Part shown: positions 1 to 13,000 of the stretch, piece by piece
Numbering within the stretch: the stretch's first letter is position 1
How the letters are laid out: each line of letters opens with the position of its first letter
Assembly: GCA_965112155.1 (NCBI GenBank)
Contig: OZ218098.1
DNA: 64,000 bases
From: Podarcis liolepis
Taxonomy: Eukaryota
Reading direction: 5' to 3' (one strand)
Translations under genes and position numbers: made by a program
Notes under the pieces: generated by a model
The model's input: the letters and a program-made list of their open reading frames with translations, nothing else
What the model was told of the DNA's origin: nothing
The model's database searches: none

Positions 1-249
1 TAAGTTTATTATTTGTAACCCTAAGTCATAAAAAAATAGTGTGTGTACATTTCTTCAGAAATGGGGGCATAATCTAAGAGTGATATAAGTGATTGGAAAC
101 AAAAATAGCATCATTGATTGATAGCGGAATGCAGTAATTACTATAATTGGAAAGAGATTATTTATTTATTTCCCCATGAGGCGTCCAAAAAAATCTGCAA
201 TATAATTAAAATATTAAACGGTTAAAAAAACTGCATAAATGCAAACAAT

Positions 250-298
250 TACACACACACACACAAAACAAACAAACAAACAAACAAACAAACACACA
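250..298. repeat. (CA)n/(CAAA)n microsatellite
   Basis: Read directly from sequence. Confidence 0.9.
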
Positions 299-434
299 AA
301 CATTTTAAAACAGCACATACATAAAATCAATTCTGACCCAATATCAATGCCAACTGGGTATTCAAGAGGTCTGTTGAAAGAGGAACATCTTTAGCAGGCA
401 CTGAAAAGACCATAGATAAGGTGCCTGTTTGATA

Positions 435-784
435 GGAAAGGTAAAGGTGAAGGTAAAGGTAAAAGACCCTGGATGGATAAGCCCAGTCAAATGTGACTAT
501 GGGGTGCGGCACTCATCCTATTCATGTGGTCAGCGTGACTAAACTGCTTCCAGCGCTACTGAACACCCTGACAGAAGCCAGAGTGCATGGAAATACTGTT
601 TACCTTCGTGCCACAGCAGTACCTATTTATCTACTTGCACTGGTGTGCTTTTGAACTGCTAGGTTGGCAGAAGCTGGGACAGAGCAACTGGAGCTCACCC
701 CATTGCGGGGATTTGAATCGCTGACCTTCCAATAGGCAACCCCACGAGGCTCAGTGGTTTAGACCACAGTGCCACCCGCGTTCC
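435..784 (-). mobile_element. Sauria SINE, near full length
   Basis: (AAGGTA)n tail at left, tRNA-like head at right (...gccacccgcg); 13-bp TSD tgcctgtttgata at 422-434 and 785-797. Confidence 0.85.
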
Positions 785-862
785 TGCCTGTTTGATATAT
801 AATGGGTATAAAGGATGACAATGAGTTTGTTTGTTTATCATGGTATTTGTTTGGCTTCCCAG

Positions 863-1068
863 GATACAATTACCATATACCATAGGGAACTTGTACATCC
901 AAGCATTAGCTGGTTATGTCATTGTTAGACACCAGTATGCATTCTCTCTGGCTTGGGATGGTACCTCTGCTGTTTATATTAAGATGGCTCCTGACTACTT
1001 GGGCAGAACTCATGGACTGTGTGGTAACAACAATGCCATTCTGCAAGATGAACTTGCCACTAGTTATG
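863..1068 (+). CDS. OTOG: OTOG exon (window exon 1), VWD1 C-terminal part
   Basis: cccag|G...TATG|gtgagt; [68 protein letters not shown]. Confidence 0.95.
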
Positions 1069-4000
1069 GTGAGTATTTCATCTAATTTATTAAGATGTTA
1101 TTTGTGTTCCTCAGCAGTTACAGGCCTTACTTAGAAAAAGCAAGACTGCTATAGTCCTCTTTTTGTCTTGTTTGGCTTCCCTAAATGCCATAATTGCTAT
1201 GACTTCATCCATTGGCTAAAAACACTGAAAGGTGAGAGCAGGTTAGTTATCACAAGACAAATGGGCAAAATTTGCTTCATATCTCAGATTCTACATGGCT
1301 TGCTTTTTAAAATGAAAGCTGGGAATCTGGCACATTATGGCCAGTGGGATGGTGGAAGCACTGCCTATTAAATAGCTTCTGTCCATGAGCAGAAAAGGAC
1401 CAGAATTTCTTCTTGTGTTGTTTTAAAATGATTTCTCTGTGATTTCTATATATACTTTGCTCTTCAATATTGATGGGCTTCATGTGCATTTTGTGTGCCA
1501 TTGTCTTTATACCATTTTCCCCCGAGGACAAAATGTAATATAAGAAGTGGCCTTGGATGAGCTGTTGATTAGAATTTAGCATTAACAGGAGCAGTCACAC
1601 TTCTATCTATCTGACAGAGATGCTTTGTATTTCTTTCATAGCTTCCATCTAAATCCGATCAATAAAAATGTTAATTTCCTGCATTTGTGCACTTTCCCCT
1701 AGGAAAACTTACTGAAGACATTGAAGAGTTTGTAGAAAGCTGGAGAGAAAACCCTCCACAGGAGAACATCTTCTCCTGGGATACCTCATTTAACTATGAG
1801 CCACCCTGTCTGACTCAAAGTCAAACATTTTTACAGGTAGGCACGATAATTAAGGTAAGGCAGGCACACTGGCTTGTTCCTGCGATTGAGGGGGCCGGTG
1901 CTCCACGACATGCTCACACTTTGGGCACATGCTGTGCAATATGCTGATGTGTCGCATGCACATTATGTGGCATACATGAGTGATGTGAGTGTGGCATGTG
2001 CGCATGGCATGAGCACATCACTGCAAAATATTGATGAGGCCCAGCCCCCTCGAAAATTGCGGAGGCCCTCGGCCCCTTCTAGGTGACACCCCTGATGTAA
2101 GACATAAACTTGTATGAGAATGAATTCTGAAACTTCTTATTTTAAAAAATGACATAAATGACTTCCTAATTGCAAAAAGAAACCGCTGCCCATAGTTATG
2201 GGATTGAGACTCCTAGTTAAATAGCTGTGATGCATTGCTTACATAATAAACATAGTTTTTGGATGGCTCACATGGCTTTATACTGGTTGAAATTGACATG
2301 ACAGCAATTGAGCTAGCTGGGGTATAAATGGAAGATTATTTTAGATTCTACCTGCCTCCTGCTTTCAAGTTCATTTCTGATTTTACTCTCTACCTCAAAA
2401 TATGTAGAAAATGTTATTTCCTAGAGGAGTGCTTAAGGTTCATAAATTAAGTAGATTTCTTATCACGCTTGAGTTATTTTTAATTCCTCCTTTTATTTCA
2501 TTCTTTGATATTATTATTCAGAGTTTCCTATTTTAGCATTCAAAGCCTGTAGCCAGCCAGTGGATTCCTGTGTTATCTAGTGCCAGAATTTGATCAGATA
2601 ATTCTTCCTCACTTGTATTAAAATCTGTGAAAGAGCTTTTGTCTCCATAGACAGCTGTGCATAATGACAAAGAAAAAGTTCATCATAATTTTGGCTACCA
2701 TATTTCAGTTTCATCAGAAAACTTATCCCATACCAAGTCTGCTTTAGATTTCCTGCATAGGGATGAGGAAAAAAAATACCACCAGTTTGCTACTGGCCCT
2801 GGAGGGGGGAAAATTATTAGTGTTTATTCAAATAAAATCTGTCAACATACATACAGTATAGTGCATGTATTATGGAAATGTAATATGAGTATGTTTAATT
2901 ACAAATTATACATCTGTGTTGAATCTGATAGACCTCATTTGAAACCTAAAATATAAACAATTCGAATGCTAGATGAAATATGAATTCACAATGCTGCCTC
3001 TTCAACTAAAACCTGTAGATGGAATGGTACTCCATTCATGGATCGTGGAATTCCTGCGTTCTCTATATAACACCCTGCACCTCCCTGGAAATACACTTTT
3101 AAGGACTGGCTAGGCCAGGCACCGCCAAACTCGGCCCTCTAGATGTTTTGGGCCTACAACTCCCATGGTCCCTAGCTAGCAGGACCAGTGGTCAGGGATG
3201 ATGGGAATTGTAGTCCCAAAGCATCTGGAGGGCCGAGTTTGGGGGTGCCTGGTAGGCTCTCTGGCGCAGAGTGAGATGTGACATAGGAACCTGCAACATG
3301 ACATGGAAAAAATAAAAAACCCAATCCCCCTTGTGCAAGCCTCCTACTCAGCAACATCTTTGCAGCCTTGCCAATCTTTCTAGGACCATTGCTGTCAGAC
3401 TTTGGATTCAAAATCTAAGGCCGGATACTTATCAGATGATCTAGTTTCTAGACTATTTTTGGTTTTTTAAAAGCATTTTTTAAAAAAGCTTCTTCCTTCA
3501 CGCTAATTCTTTGTGTGTTTTCAGAGGACGTATGCATTCTGCAGCATTCTGCTCTGGAGCCCTTTCAAAGAGTGCCATGAATTTGTGAGCCCATTTCCTT
3601 TCATGGCCAGCTGCACAAATGATCTATGCATGTAAGTGTCTTGGTTTGCGAAGTCCCGAATTAGCAGTCAGTGGTTGGGATTCATAGAGGTCCACTTAAA
3701 ACACTTCTTGGTATGGCTGGGACTGTGCTGATTTTCAGCTTCTAGTTGCAGCACTTCATACTGATGAATGCCATTCCAAGCAGTATCTTTAGGAGTAGCT
3801 TTTTAATGTGCATAAGGTACCATGGTAGCTGTGGGAATGGGGTTCTTTGGATTCTGGCCATTAAGTTTCTGCATATATTAAATACATCTCTTTTTTTGCT
3901 CCTGCTTCTCTTCTCACTGTTTTTGACTGTTCTTTGTGGTACCATTTCTAGTTATAATAGAATGAGTGGCAGTAGAGTTAAAGCCAAATATTTATTGATT

Positions 4001-7000
4001 TAAACATTATATGCATTTTGAATGTTCATCATTGGTATAATTTAGCAGTAAACCATGGCTTAGCGCTATGGAAACAAGACTCAGCATGACTTGTACTCAA
4101 ATGCAATCACTGACTCTACTCTTTGTTTAGCTGCAGGGAAGGAACTGGCAATTTCCACTTCTGTTTTAGCTTTACAGCAGTTTTATGTGTTGTGCCAGTC
4201 CTAAACTGTGGTTAATTAGAACAGTGAAAATAAGGCTGTGTCAATTTTATTTTTTTTGTGTTAAGGTCAGGAGCTGATAATGCAACTTTGTGTCGAGCAT
4301 TAACTGAGTATGCAAGGACTTGTGCTCAAGCAGGAAAACCTCTCCACAACTGGCGGGCACAATTTAAGGAATGTGGTATGCAATGACAAGGTTTTAGAAT
4401 GCTGTCTTCTGGCAAAATATTCTGCATATCGTTTATTCCCCTTTCTGCAGGTTTTCTCATTTTTAAATATAGGTTCATCTGGCCTTGCTATGGACTCCGT
4501 TGGTTGCCTGTTTTGTAATGGGGGCCTGGTAGGAATTTTTCCATCTGGCAAATTGGCAGGGCCATTTGGTTTTCATCTACCACCGTAGCAATCGTCACAA
4601 CTTTGTAAGGTTTGGCCATTAGGCATTGGATCAGCAATCATGGGGAGGGGAGGTGGGGCCATCACCTGCCCCTCCAAGCTCAAGGGTATTCAGTTAAAGA
4701 AATCTAGGGATTGGTCTGGGTCTTGTCCGAAACCCCTGCTGGGGGGGGGGCTAGGGCCATACCAGGACCCCACAGGGACACCGGGGGGGGGGGGGTGAGC
4801 GGCCAGTCAGAACACTCTGGCAGTTCTCCCTCTGGTGGTGTTCATTCTTTAAGGGATTCCCCGTGATGATGCCAATGCCTAAGCCAATACCATTCACATT
4901 CTGTATTCAATAAAGTTGTGGCCTAAATTTTGCCCAATTACTTAAACTAAAATCTCGTGTCACTGTTTCATTTTTTGGGGAACTGGGGGGTCTTGAATCG
5001 CAACTATGCAAGGACTTGTGCTCAAGCAGGAAAACCTCTCCACAACTGGCGGGCACAATTTAAGGAATGTGGTATGCAGTGACAAGGTTTTAGAATGTTA
5101 TTTTCTGGCAAAATATTCTGCATATCGTTTATTCCCCTTTCTGCAGGTTTTCTCATTTTTAAATATTGAACCTTAATTGGTTATTGTATTCAAGTTCAGA
5201 CTTTAAGACTAACCAATATATGCTTTTGCATGGAGACCACTTCACTAGATGCTTAAATTAAAATTAAAGTAGCATCAATTTTCCACCTCAGGAAGGAGAA
5301 GCATAAATCATTTAACATTTCTTCATTTCTTCTGTTTTTCAGTCATTAAATGTGAGGAGCATCTTGTCTACAATGAATGCATTGACTGCTGCCCAGTTTC
5401 ATGTCAGCAAAAAACTCATTGTGTTGACAGTGAACTGCCGTGTGTTGATGGATGTTATTGTCCAGATGGTAATGCAGTTTTTGGTGTGGAATTTTGTTAG
5501 AAGTTGTGGCCTTTCAGGAGCTTATGGCCTTTCTGCAATCTACAAGACACAGTAATTAAGTCACACTCCAGATATTTGTCAACAAAACCAGATGGGTTCA
5601 TTCTAGAGGCAATGGATGGTATTCAACTAACATTTCCTGTCAATACAAGGATTTCGTCTTGTGCAATAGAACTTTCCTCTCTTCTCTTGTTCCTATGCAC
5701 ATTCTCTGCCTTTTCTAAGTCTGCTACAGAGAGTTGGAGGAGCCCCCAGAGCAGAAGTCTATGAATGAGCTGGACTATAAAGGTTCAGGCGATCCCTGAG
5801 GTATCCTGGACCCAAGTTGTTCAGGGCTTTGTAAATCAATGCAAGAATTTTGAACCTGGCTCAGTAGCAGATGGGCAGACAGTGCAGCTGTTTTAACAAT
5901 GGTGTCACATGTTCTTGACCAGAAGCTCCCCTCAGCAATCTGGCTGCAGCATTCTGCACCAGCTGGAGTTTCCAAACCAGACCCAAGTGTAGCCCCACAT
6001 AGAGCTCATTATAGTAATCCAGCCTCGCTCCAAAACTCCCAATGACAGCACCCAATGGCTACGTATAGATATTAAATAGCATTGGGGACAGACTTATTGG
6101 GAGTAAGCCTTACAAAACTTGGTGTGACATTTTAGAAAACAGGCTTAGGCTGAGAGGCTAAGTGATAGCATGCCCTATATTGACTTGATAGTATGCTATG
6201 AAATCAAATGGACTTCTGTGAAATATTTTTGGTATTTATAACTCAAGTTGTTTTTTATTTATGACAAAAGCAGCTTTTAACTGTTTCATAATACATCTTA
6301 ACCTTCTGTTTGCCTTTGTTTTTTATTATACTTTATATTTTATTAAACTTTGCAGTATAAGAGGCAATGAGGAAACATACACAAGGATTTTAAATATAAT
6401 TTATCACATCTTCATTTTCTAGCTAGAAGTACTAGGCAGTTTTTTTAATGATCCTTTTCAAAGCATATGGCTCTAATTTTGTTCTTATTGTCAAATGTTC
6501 ATTTTAGGACTTATTTATGAAAACAAATTATGTGTAAGGCCATCAGAATGCCCTTGTGATTATCACGGATCTGTCTACAGAACTGGTGCTGTGGTTCATG
6601 AAGAATGCAACAACTGGTTAGTAACATTCCATATATTTGTTCCCTTTAATATAGCACGAATTCCCTAAACAATGTCCAATATATAAGCCTTAGCATATAT
6701 ACCAGTCCTTACTTTATAAAGCATACACCTTCATAGAAAGGTGCTTTCTCTTTCCTTTTGCCATTTGTAATTTTGTGGATTAATCTTAATTTTAATGGTT
6801 TTGCGTACTAAATATGGTGACCAGTTCTTTTGCATGCCTTTGGTGCATGAAGGTTTCAAGCTGCAAATTCCCAGACTCTTCTCCATATCACACAATCTAT
6901 GCTTGAGTTTTTAAATAAGTGCTGACAGGACGCTGAGGAAGATGCTGTACTTGCAGTCAGCTGGTTGTAATAGGCTGGCTGAACCTCACAACATAGGGAG

Positions 7001-10000
7001 GAAGTTTGCATCAATTCTTTGAGAGATTTACCGGTACTTAGCTTTTTAGTTTGTGGCTGAGCATTCTGTGACGTAGTCTATTCAAAACTTTAACCTAAAC
7101 ACACTTTATGGGTCTGCAATTATGCAACCTTTAAGACCTGTGTCAAACCTCCATTAACATCGAAATGCCCATTCATTTTCCTTAGTGTTCCCCAGGTGTA
7201 TCTTGCATTCTGAGACTTGTGGCATAATTTCAATCAGAGTGCTGGGCTCTGCCCCTACTTCTGCCTTCACACGGTTTCATGACTTGGTATCAATTGAAGC
7301 ATTCACTATAAGGTTTCCTTTGCATTCCTACAACTGTTACTTCCAATTACCACATAAGGGCTATGCCAACAGCCTTAAAACATCAAATAATTCTTTCTGT
7401 TTTCAGTACATGTGTTGGAGGAAAATGGATTTGCACAAACCTTACCTGTCCAGGTATGTCTGTTCTCAGATATTTCATTCAAATATTTTATACTGGGTAT
7501 ATTGCATGTGATCCAAGTGTTAATATTGATGTCTGATTAATTTTCCAATCTTTCCTAGTTATTTACACCTGGAAAGCAGCATATAAATGCTTAAAAGGAT
7601 TATCAGCTCTCAGAATGCAAACTGTAATCACTAATTCCTTCAAGCTTTTTCCCCACTATTGCGACTTTAATATCATACATTACTAGCAGCACAGAATATT
7701 TTGGTAACATATTGAAACACTTTATCCCCCCCCCTTTTTTTTAGCTGAATGTTCAGTCTCAGGAGATATTCATTTCATGACATTTGATGGGCGCAAGTAT
7801 ACTTTTCAAGCCACTTGCCAATATATTCTGGCAAAAAGCCTCACCTCCGGAAAATTTGCTGTGACTCTGCAAAATGCTCGTTGTGGACAGGTAAGACTGT
7901 AAGAGCAAATGTTTGGGCTGCATGAAGTGTGGGTACTTAACTGGTATTATCAAAAAGATTAAACTAAACTTTCAATTTATAAGTTTCCCTTTGGTGAATG
8001 GAAGGAACTTTTCATTCACTGAAAGATTCCTCCCATTCATGGAAGGTTACCTTTGGATCCAGTTCTAATTTCCTTGGGGAAGGACCATAGCTCAGTGGAT
8101 GTAGAAGGTCCTAGATTAGGTCCCTTCAGTTTATGTGTATCTGTGTGGTGAGAAATTACTGTGCAGACATTTCTCAAGAACTTAAAAAGCTAACTGTCTC
8201 TGAATATCCAGTGGCAAAAGGTGGATAGCAAATAGCACATGTGCTTTCTTATGACTTTATTTTAATAATAATAATAATTTAATTAATTCATTTATACCCG
8301 GCCCATCCGGCTGGGTTTCCCCAGCCACTCTGGGCAGCTCGCAACAGAATATTAAAAACACGGTAAAACATCAAACATTAAAAACTTCCCTAAACAGGGT
8401 TGCCTTGAGATGTCTTCTAAAAGTCAGATAGTTGTTTATTTAACATCTGATGGGAGGGCGTTCCACAGGGCGGGCGCCACCACGGAGAGTGCCCTTTGCC
8501 TGGTTTCCTGTAACCGCCAGAGGGAACCGCCAGAAGGCCCTCGGCGCTGGACCTCAGTGTCTGGGCTGAATGATGGGGGTGGAGACTCTCTTTCAGGTAT
8601 ACTGGGCCGAGGCCGCTTAGGGCTTTAAAGGTCAGCACCAACACTTTCAATTGTGCTCGGAAACATACTGGGAGCCAATGTATGTCTTTCAGGACTGGTG
8701 TTGTATGGTCTTGGTGGCTGCTCCCAGTCACCAGTCTAGCTGCCGCATTCTGGATTAGTTGTAGTTTCTGGGTCACCTTCAAAGGTAGCTCCACATAGAG
8801 CTAGTGATTTCTTTTCCTGTTAAGAACATAAGAATATGTATTATACTGAGATAGAACATCGGCCCACCTAGCTTAGTATTTTCTCTACTTACTGGCATCA
8901 TCTCTCCAAGGCTTTGGACAGGGGTCTCTCCCAGACCTATCTGGAGATTGAATCTGTAACTTTTGCATGCAAAACACCTTCTCTGCACTGAGTCGTGGCC
9001 CTGTGATGTGAAGGAGGCTCCTGGGTTGGCCTTAACCTCCACTACAGGGTAGACAGCAGGAGGACTGGATGTTACTGAAAATTAAATGCTGGAGTAGGCA
9101 GGTTTTGGCTGATCCAGTAAGGTTATTCTCATTATTCTTCGTTGGTTCTATGAAAAGAGCAGACGTAACATATGTGTCTTTAGACTGGACTCCTTTCAGA
9201 GCTGTCATTGGCAGGGAATTTTCACCCTTTTTGCCAGTATGTGAGTAGTGCCAATTTTTTGAGTGTTTGTGTCATTCAGAAAATTGAGGTTAGTTAGTTC
9301 AAACAATAGACGAATATATAAAGCTGAAGGTAGTAGGCACAATTTTTATCTGTTCCCCAGAAAGCATGTGTCAAATGCTGGGAGTGGTTGGCTAATGGTG
9401 CCTGTGGTGTTGTAACAGGAGGTTATTTAAAGAAATATTCAACTGTACAGTGTTGAAACCTTTTGCAATAGAGGGTGTAAAATTATTTCCCCTGATATAT
9501 ATATTTTTTGTAAAAGAGAAATATTTGCTCTTTTTATCTCTATTTATAGGTTCTGAAAATATTGGCTTTTTATCTAGTTCCTCTAAGGTTTATAGTTTTC
9601 TACTTAAGTCATGGATAGCCGCTGTAGTGCTCTCCACAAGTTGGTGGACTACAATTCCCATCAGTCACAGCTAGCATGATCAAGGATGTTGAGAGTTGTA
9701 GTTCACCTGGAGGGCACTGTATTGGCTACCCCTGACTTCAGTAAAATGTTTTAATAATATGGTAATATAATAATATGCTTTCTACGTTCAACTCGTCTTG
9801 CAGATGGCAAGTCCAACAAAGGATACACTGTTCATTGTTAAGATTTAGAGTGCCTTAGAAAGGCAGTTTTAGAATGGCATATAATCTCCTAAGCGCCTGC
9901 ACAGAGTCCACAGCTGTACACATACCACTTTAATAACCTGTTAGTGTCTCTGTGAGGATATACAATAAAGCACTTTTTCTTCCAACAAAGCCACTTTGCA

Positions 10001-13000
10001 AGCATTTTCTTTTCTAAGTTGTTGATCAAACACAGTCTAGCGAAAACGTGAAGCGACAAAATCTCAAGGCACAAGGCGTTGACTCACAAGGATTGATTCA
10101 GTTAAACTGTGCTTTTAACAACAACCACGATTCATTGATTTGTGAATAATCTAATAAACTGTAATATTGAATGCTTGGTTTCTAGTTGTCATTTTTGAAA
10201 ATGGTTGCTTAAAGTGTCTTATGTAGAAACACCAAATTATGAGATAAGGAAATGTTGCATTTTTTTATTAGACATTAGCATAAATTACTCTATTTCAGTG
10301 TCTTGATTTTTTTTTCTGAGCTTTGAATTTCTGTAGAGTTACTGAGAAATGTTCATTAAAATGCTAGAGCTCTATCGCAATAAAGCAGATTACTGTATTG
10401 AAAAAGAAAAACACCTCCAGCAACAGCCAGATAACACCTGAACAGGTTTGCGACTCATTGAATCACAGAGAGTACAGTCACTTAGAGCCTCAGGTTTGGT
10501 GACAAAAGCAATCATCACGCAGCAAGTGAGTTTGGAATGATGTAAAATTTAGCTTTAAACACTTTTTGAAAGAGGATCAGTCAAGTGATCAGCATAGCTT
10601 AGCCTTATCGGAGTCTCAAATGTCAGTATCACTAGGTTTTGTGGTTAGTTATGATGAGAAGGATATTTTAATATAGGAATTTCTATTAAGTGTCTGGTGA
10701 TGAGTGAGGTACAGTTCATGAGAAGGCAGCTGCTGATAGTTAGCGGAGTCAATGTTATGAAAGAAACAATTCATTGGATCAGAGAATTATTGCCAGGATT
10801 TTAGAGCCTATTTGAGACAATATGCATATGCACACACAAATATATGTAGCCAATATATACTCCCACATTCATCTACTGGTCTTAACATTTAAGGGCTTGC
10901 TTTTATATTTGATTGGACATCTTGAAAATGGCAGAGGAAGCTGCTGTATGTGGCCAGACGATTGGTCCACCTAGTTCCAGTACTGTCTGACCAGTACAGG
11001 GTCTCACGCAGAAGTCTTTCTCTCACTTGCTACCTGGCCATTTTTTAGCAGTAGCTGCCAAGAATTAACCATGGGATCTTCTGTGTACAGTCATACCTCG
11101 GGTTGCAATCACTGCGGGTTGCGCGTTTTCGGGTTATGGACGCGCCAAACCCAGAAGTACTGGAACGGGTTACTTCCGGGTTTTGGCACTCACGCATGTG
11201 CACTAAATTGTGCTTTGCGGATGTGCAGAAGCGCCGAATCGCATTGTGCGCTTGCACAGACGCAGCGCTGCGGGTTGCGAACGCTGCGGGTTCACGGATC
11301 ACATTTGCAACCTGAGGTTCCACTGTGCTTTACCTTTCAGATATGGGCATTTCTACCTTATCTAGGGTATATATCTCAGCTCATGTCTATCCAAGTCTTG
11401 AAACTTGCTTCGCCACTATAGAAGTTGGAAGCAGTATGCTTCTGAATACCAGTTACTGGAAACCACAGGAGGGGAGAGTGTTCTGGTGCTCATGAGCTGC
11501 CTGCGGGTCTCCCATGGGATCTGGATGGCCACTATGAGAACAGGATGCTGGACTAGGTGGCCATTGGCCTGATCCAGCAGGCTCTTCTTATCTTCTTAAA
11601 TTATAAATTTCATCTTACTGGGTGTTCTCATTTTCATAGCACTGCATTTTGTGGTATGTAAAATCTCCAAGCAAATTATTACACTGATTTTTGTGTACCA
11701 GTGACTTTCCCAGGAGATACTTTCCTGCTCTACACCTGTCAAATTCTACCAAAAGGCAAATAGGTCTTAATCCCAAGCTTATTTTACAATGCTACTCTTC
11801 AATTTATTTCCAGAATCAAGATGGAGCATGTATCCAGTCAGTCAGTCTTATTCTCAATCAAGATTCCAAGAGGCAAGTGACTCTGACCCATTCAGGAGAT
11901 GTTTTGGTATATGATCAGTACAAAGTAAATCTGCCTTATATTGATGGTAAGTAAAATAAATAACACTTAGCCACAGTGAAAATGCTATGATTTAAATTAT
12001 GTCTACATATCATGCCCTAATTCCATCATGTCAATCATTCTGGTTTTATTTCTTCTCCTATAGCTTCACTTAAGCCTCTGTTTCCTTCCTCTAATATCTA
12101 CATCATCTCATGATACCCCTGGAACCAGATGTTAGTTGTATATTCACTCCCTTTCATCTCACCATGTAGATCAGATGTGGTCCTCCAGATGCTGCTGAAC
12201 TAAAACTCCTATCATCCATGGCCATTGGCCATGCTTGCTGGGCCTGATGGGGGTTACAGTCCATCCACATCTGGAAGGCCAAAGGTTTCCCACACTTGAT
12301 ATAGATAGGTGAACTAAGCGATATACACAAAGGAAGCCTTTTTACTGATGGACAAGCTATCTTCAGCCTGAATCAGCTTGAGCAACAAATTATTTTTAGG
12401 AGGCTTCAATGAACAACAAATTATCCAAAGCAATTATTTTAGCTTGATTCTTTCCAGATCTTATCTTGCTGTCAGTTCCATCATTGAGAGTTTAACAGTC
12501 AACCCTTCATCAGCACCCCCACTGCTGCTACCCACAAGGATACATTGTGGTGTTGAAAAGTGCTCATAGTATCTGGACTTCCTTGAGAACCTCCTGTCAC
12601 CACTTGTCACCTGGGTAGGCTTGCAAAAGGTGGTGGTGATGAGGGCTCATGGCATGTGTAAAATAGAGTATATTTTGATCTCCGCAAAACAATTTTATTT
12701 GGCCTAAATTCAAGTAGAGATTAGGAGGTTAATTTGCAACTAACATTAAACACATTGTGAAGAATAAAAGCAACTCCTGATCTCTTGATAATATTGTAGA
12801 TTACTATTAATACATTTTTTTCTGCAATGTTTATCTATTAGATGCTTTTGAAATACGAAAACTTTCCTCTGTATTTTTGCAAATAAAGTCATATATTGGA
12901 TTACAAATACTGTATGACTGGAAGGGTTTGAGGCTCTATCTCAAAGCTGATGCTCAATGGAAAGATGATACCATAGGACTTTGTGGGACCTTCAACGGAA

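Noticed and set aside
1-6. Window starts with taagt, possibly the rest of an upstream gtaagt donor
   Set aside because: The preceding base and exon are outside the window, so it cannot be verified.
1846-2095. GC-richer segment with gcacatg-like repeats ending in gacacccctga
   Set aside because: Probably a decayed DNA-transposon fragment, but I could not define the left TIR or a TSD.
4471-5004. Hammerhead ribozyme/retrozyme in the insert
   Set aside because: I did not find a CUGANGA...GAAA core in a suitable arrangement by eye; a covariance-model search would be needed.
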